A stretch of 63,473 nucleotides of DNA, the filler included, from an uncultured Methanosarcinales archaeon (GTDB lineage: Archaea > Nanobdellota > Nanobdellia > Woesearchaeales > CAXGTL01): NCBI GenBank assembly GCA_964535955.1. It is 7 parts of 6 records of this genome, joined end to end, with 100 filler letters (N's around TTAATTAATTAA, not from the genome) between each part and the next. Parts side by side here need not be neighbours in the genome. Positions count along the whole stretch, not along the records: positions 54,853 to 63,473 come from CAZHVK010000020.1; 6 more parts are not named here. One strand, 5' to 3'. Under the pieces are notes generated by a model. That model made no database searches. It saw only the letters and a list, made by a program, of their open reading frames with translations, and had not been told where the DNA came from. Below are positions 60,262 to 63,473 of the stretch, piece after piece; within the stretch, counting starts at the first letter, position 1; each line of letters opens with the position of its first letter. The position numbers and the translations under genes were made by a program.

Positions 60262-60375
60262 TTTATAAGTTTCACACGCACATGTCCAGTGACCACTAAG
60301 AATGAGTATAGGTCTTCTAACTACAGAATTAGACTAATAGAAGTCAGTGGACATGTATTTTCAGAATGTCCACTG
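60262..60375 (-). repeat. Family C 114-bp element, copy 2
   Basis: Colinear with 19426-19539, with a compensatory change in the first inverted repeat. Confidence 0.8.
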
Positions 60376-60455
60376 ATAATTAATCATACACTTACTAATA
60401 ATCATACATTACACCACAATAATCTTTATATATATAATTTCTCACCATTATATAT

Positions 60456-60785
60456 ATGGCAATTTGGGAAGAGATTACTTGCAAGAAATGTAGACAAAAA
60501 GTTCATATTAGTAATGTAAAATGTAATCTAGATGGTGATCTTATCTGTGTTTCTTGTTTAGATAAAATAAAAACAAAGAAATTAGAAAAAAAACAACCTT
60601 CTACCAAATCAAAAGAACGTATCAATTATCAATGTCTTAGGTGCAGGTATAGGTTTTCTTTTGGCAAAGATTCAAGAGCTGCATTAAGATGTCCATATTG
60701 TGATTCTACTAATATTCAAAGAATCATGAAACAAGGTGCTCAGGCATGGGTGAAGAAGGCTGGTAATGATTTGTATGATTTTTGA
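60456..60785 (+). CDS. Zinc-ribbon protein
   Basis: Four CxxC pairs. Confidence 0.75.
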   Translation: MAIWEEITCKKCRQKVHISNVKCNLDGDLICVSCLDKIKTKKLEKKQPSTKSKERINYQCLRCRYRFSFGKDSRAALRCPYCDSTNIQRIMKQGAQAWVKKAGNDLYDF

Positions 60786-60798
60786 TTTGTAAAAATTC

Positions 60799-60910
60799 TG
60801 TGTCTGGCTCGTTCACATGCTCAATGTTTCTGTAATGGCAAATTGAGCACCAATGCATTGTCACCAATTTAACCTTTGCTCACTGGTCTTACAGACGCCA
60901 GACACATACT
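60799..60910 (-). repeat. Family A element, copy 6
   Basis: Minus strand: tgtgtctggc-gtctGTAagac-caGTGAgca...tgctcaat..attgagca-tgtGAACga-gccagacaca. Confidence 0.82.
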
Positions 60911-60920
60911 AAGAACTTAT

Positions 60921-62177
60921 TCAAACAGTCTGCTCAGTCACTTCTGCATCAGCATCAACAACTACTAATTTCTTTTTTCTTCTTTGTCTGAAGAATTCGA
61001 AAATAATGACTGCAATTGCAATGAAGATCAAACCATAGTTTACATAATTCATTGGCTCAATGCACATATTGCTTTTGTTTAATGACATTGAAACATAAAC
61101 TTCTATCAATGCTGAGATATAGACAATTGCAATTGCTATTACGATAAGAATAAGACTTTCTTTGATTGTTTTTTTAAATGATTCTGACATCAGCTTGTCA
61201 TTGATAAAAGCTGCTGGCAATAATGCGCCTGAGATTGCTGCAACAAAATATGCTGATACTTCTGGGATCATATGGATAAACATTATACCCATATTACATG
61301 CTAAGAATGAATAAAGGTAGAGAATGCCTGACCTTGGAACTTTTATCAAGATAACACTGACTAAAGCTGATGCAAAGATTGAAGCATTGAATGTTATAAG
61401 GAATAAGGCGCCTGCACCAAAGAATAATGATAGTATCCAGGCAATGATCATTACCTTGAGATTGTTTTTAAAAATCGATTTAACTTCTGACATCTTATTG
61501 ATCTTGAGCTTTGACAGATCTATCATTTCTGATTTTTTTTTACTTGTTTCTTGTTTTGGCTGCACTTCTTCTTCTTCAATAAGATCTTCTAATGAAAAAA
61601 CAGCACCCTCTGGAATTTCTAAAATTGGTATTCCTAGTTTTACTTCTATAGTATGTTCAATTGAGGATCTGCTTAGAATAGTGATCATGAAAAATGCAAT
61701 AAATACTCCAATAAAAAAATATACATAAAAATTGATAAATGGCCTGTGCCTTTTCCAAAAACCTATGTTCTTTGTTTTTATGAAATCTGCTTCTTTTTTT
61801 GTAAGGTTTGCAATTATTGGAATGCCTAGTATTACTGTAAACAAGATAGTTGACAAGCCTAAGAATGGTTTGAATAATTCATATGATGCATAGAATGCTA
61901 CAAATGTGAATAAAACACCTGCTGTTAAATAATAAGTTGCATTGCTCTTTACATTGCTTATGATAAACATCTCAAACACTTGTTTTATGTAAAGGGCTGC
62001 GATCAAGATGAATAATATTTTTGAATATTTTGGAAGAAATTTTGGTAAATAAAATAATCTATCTAACCATGCAGAGTTTGCTAATATAAATATGACAAAA
62101 GATGCAATAAAAGCTATTGTAAGATAGAAAAAAGTCTTATTTTCATTTATCCTCTTTTTTATTGAGTCTAGACTCAT
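60921..62177 (-). CDS. SpoIIM/DUF95-like multi-pass membrane protein
   Basis: IF.NNLKV, NASI, H..PE..AY..AAI.G, SALIEVY. Confidence 0.8.
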   Translation of the reverse strand: MSLDSIKKRINENKTFFYLTIAFIASFVIFILANSAWLDRLFYLPKFLPKYSKILFILIAALYIKQVFEMFIISNVKSNATYYLTAGVLFTFVAFYASYELFKPFLGLSTILFTVILGIPIIANLTKKEADFIKTKNIGFWKRHRPFINFYVYFFIGVFIAFFMITILSRSSIEHTIEVKLGIPILEIPEGAVFSLEDLIEEEEVQPKQETSKKKSEMIDLSKLKINKMSEVKSIFKNNLKVMIIAWILSLFFGAGALFLITFNASIFASALVSVILIKVPRSGILYLYSFLACNMGIMFIHMIPEVSAYFVAAISGALLPAAFINDKLMSESFKKTIKESLILIVIAIAIVYISALIEVYVSMSLNKSNMCIEPMNYVNYGLIFIAIAVIIFEFFRQRRKKKLVVVDADAEVTEQTV

Positions 62178-62201
62178 TTTATATTCTGTTAATTGAAACC
62201 C

Positions 62202-62363
62202 AGTATGTGCATGGTTCGCTCACACTTTCCATTCGCAGCAATCTCGCATGGAAAACCCTGATCTCATGAATCAGAGATTCATGATCGTGATCAAGAATCT
62301 TCGATTCTTGACATTACGAATAATCTGTGTGTTCGCTGGTCTTACAGACACCATGCCCATACT
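62202..62363 (-). repeat. Family A element, copy 7 (carries a family B insertion)
   Basis: Minus strand: agtatgggcatggt-gtctGTAagac-caGCGAacac...agggttttcca..tggaaag-tgtGAGCga-accatgcacatact. Confidence 0.85.
62262..62313. mobile_element. Family B twin-hairpin insertion, copy 4
   Basis: tcTCATGAATC-aga-GATTCATGA-tcgtga-TCAAGAATC-ttc-GATTCTTGAca. Confidence 0.72.
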
Positions 62364-62369
62364 TACTTT

Positions 62370-62849
62370 TTACTTTATGCCTTTAAAATAACGATCAATC
62401 TGTGCTGGTTTATAACCTTGGCTTATGAACTTTTGATAAATCTGTTGCTTTGGATATCCTTTGTTAAGATGTGTGTAAATATAGTCTGCAAATGCATCAC
62501 CAGGGTAAGGGTTTATGAATTGTTTTTGTTTTATTGGTAGTCTTTGTATTGGTTTTGTTGGTTGTTTTGTTATTGTTTTTGGTGTTTTTACTTTTTTCAA
62601 ATAATAGATGATTCCAATTACAATGATTAGTATTATTAATCCGATTGTTCCAATGATTAAGTAAAGGTAAAGGTTTGAATCTTCTTCAGGAGGAGGTGAT
62701 AGAGGTGATGCTCCATCTTGCTTTACATTAAATTGAGACATTGAAGGTTCTGGAGGAAGGTCTAGGTCATCATCTTGTGCAGAATTAACAAGAGGTATGA
62801 TTAATAAAGTTATTAATGCAAATATTATTATTAATATGTGTTTTTTCAT
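62370..62849 (-). CDS. Hypothetical membrane protein
   Basis: Signal peptide, Pro-rich linker, TM helix, C-terminal helical domain. Confidence 0.7.
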   Translation of the reverse strand: MKKHILIIIFALITLLIIPLVNSAQDDDLDLPPEPSMSQFNVKQDGASPLSPPPEEDSNLYLYLIIGTIGLIILIIVIGIIYYLKKVKTPKTITKQPTKPIQRLPIKQKQFINPYPGDAFADYIYTHLNKGYPKQQIYQKFISQGYKPAQIDRYFKGIK

Positions 62850-62864
62850 TTTGTTTTTTGTTTC

Positions 62865-63473
62865 TTACCTCATTGCCCTCATTGTCAAAAACACAACAGT
62901 CACCATAAAAAACATGCCTGACAAAAGTAAAAATTTAGTGAATACTTTTTTAGGTTCTAGTTCATCTACTTGTGTTTTTATCTGTGTTGGTTGTTGTAGT
63001 TCTGGTTCTAGCTGCTGGTCTAATACAGGCAATGATGTTATCTTTCTTGCTTGTGATGATTTTTTTACTTGTGACATCTTTGGTACTGGCTCTGGTTTTG
63101 GTTCTGGTTTACAGTCTTGAGGACAGTTCTGTGATGTTTCTTTGTTATTGCATATGTTGTCTGCATTGCATATGCTGACTGATTTTATTACAGCTGGCTT
63201 TTCAATGACTGCGAATTGTTCTTTTGTTGTCTGTGTTTTATAACCTTTTTTTTCTGCTGTTGATTCTATTACATATGTGCCGATTTCATCTAGTTTTACT
63301 GTTGTTGGTAATGTTAATGACCATGTTTTTTTGTCTGGTGTTGTGATTGTTGTTGTTGTGACTGGGCTGCTGACTGTTGCTTTGTAATTGATTTCTAGTT
63401 CTTGGTTTTGTGTGATTGATTTTTTTGATAATGTTATGTGGTATTCGAATGATGGTTTTGTTTTGATTTCAAA
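62865..63473 (-). CDS. C-terminal part of a membrane-anchored surface protein (5'-truncated)
   Basis: Frame open to the window end; CNADNICNNKETSQNCPQDC motif, PEPKPEP linker, C-terminal TM. Confidence 0.75.
   Translation of the reverse strand, partial: FEIKTKPSFEYHITLSKKSITQNQELEINYKATVSSPVTTTTITTPDKKTWSLTLPTTVKLDEIGTYVIESTAEKKGYKTQTTKEQFAVIEKPAVIKSVSICNADNICNNKETSQNCPQDCKPEPKPEPVPKMSQVKKSSQARKITSLPVLDQQLEPELQQPTQIKTQVDELEPKKVFTKFLLLSGMFFMVTVVFLTMRAMR

Overview
This AT-rich window is archaeal, most consistent with a DPANN/Woesearchaeota-like MAG (Top6B, FtsZ, Dph5, archaeal-type SAM synthetase, uL11, KKAQ-type class III signal peptides, BHB tRNA introns). It is seven contigs joined by artificial N..TTAATTAATTAA..N spacers; two contigs (starting at 11623 and 54853) overlap by an exact 55-nt reverse complement. 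Beyond housekeeping genes it holds: (1) a Sec-exported, apparently split Rhs/Tc-BC-like polymorphic toxin locus (4528-11522); (2) an 11-gene NAD-salvage cluster including a Ser/Thr kinase, a vWA protein and a divergent pyruvate-kinase-like gene, with a bacterial-type NrtR repressor and four GT-N7-AC boxes; (3) a small island with DUF1016, a tyrosine recombinase and two toxin-antitoxin pairs; (4) tRNA-Gln with two and tRNA-Arg with three non-canonical introns. The most unusual signal is non-coding: three dispersed repeat families. Family A (7 copies, ~112-172 nt) keeps a covarying multi-stem fold with tandem G.A pairs. Family B (4 copies, 52-54 nt) is a twin hairpin inserted without target duplication, mostly into other structured elements. 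Family C (2 copies, 114 bp) lies directly upstream of the mobile-type genes DUF1016 and KilA-N. All calls come from reading the sequence; no searches or folding were run.
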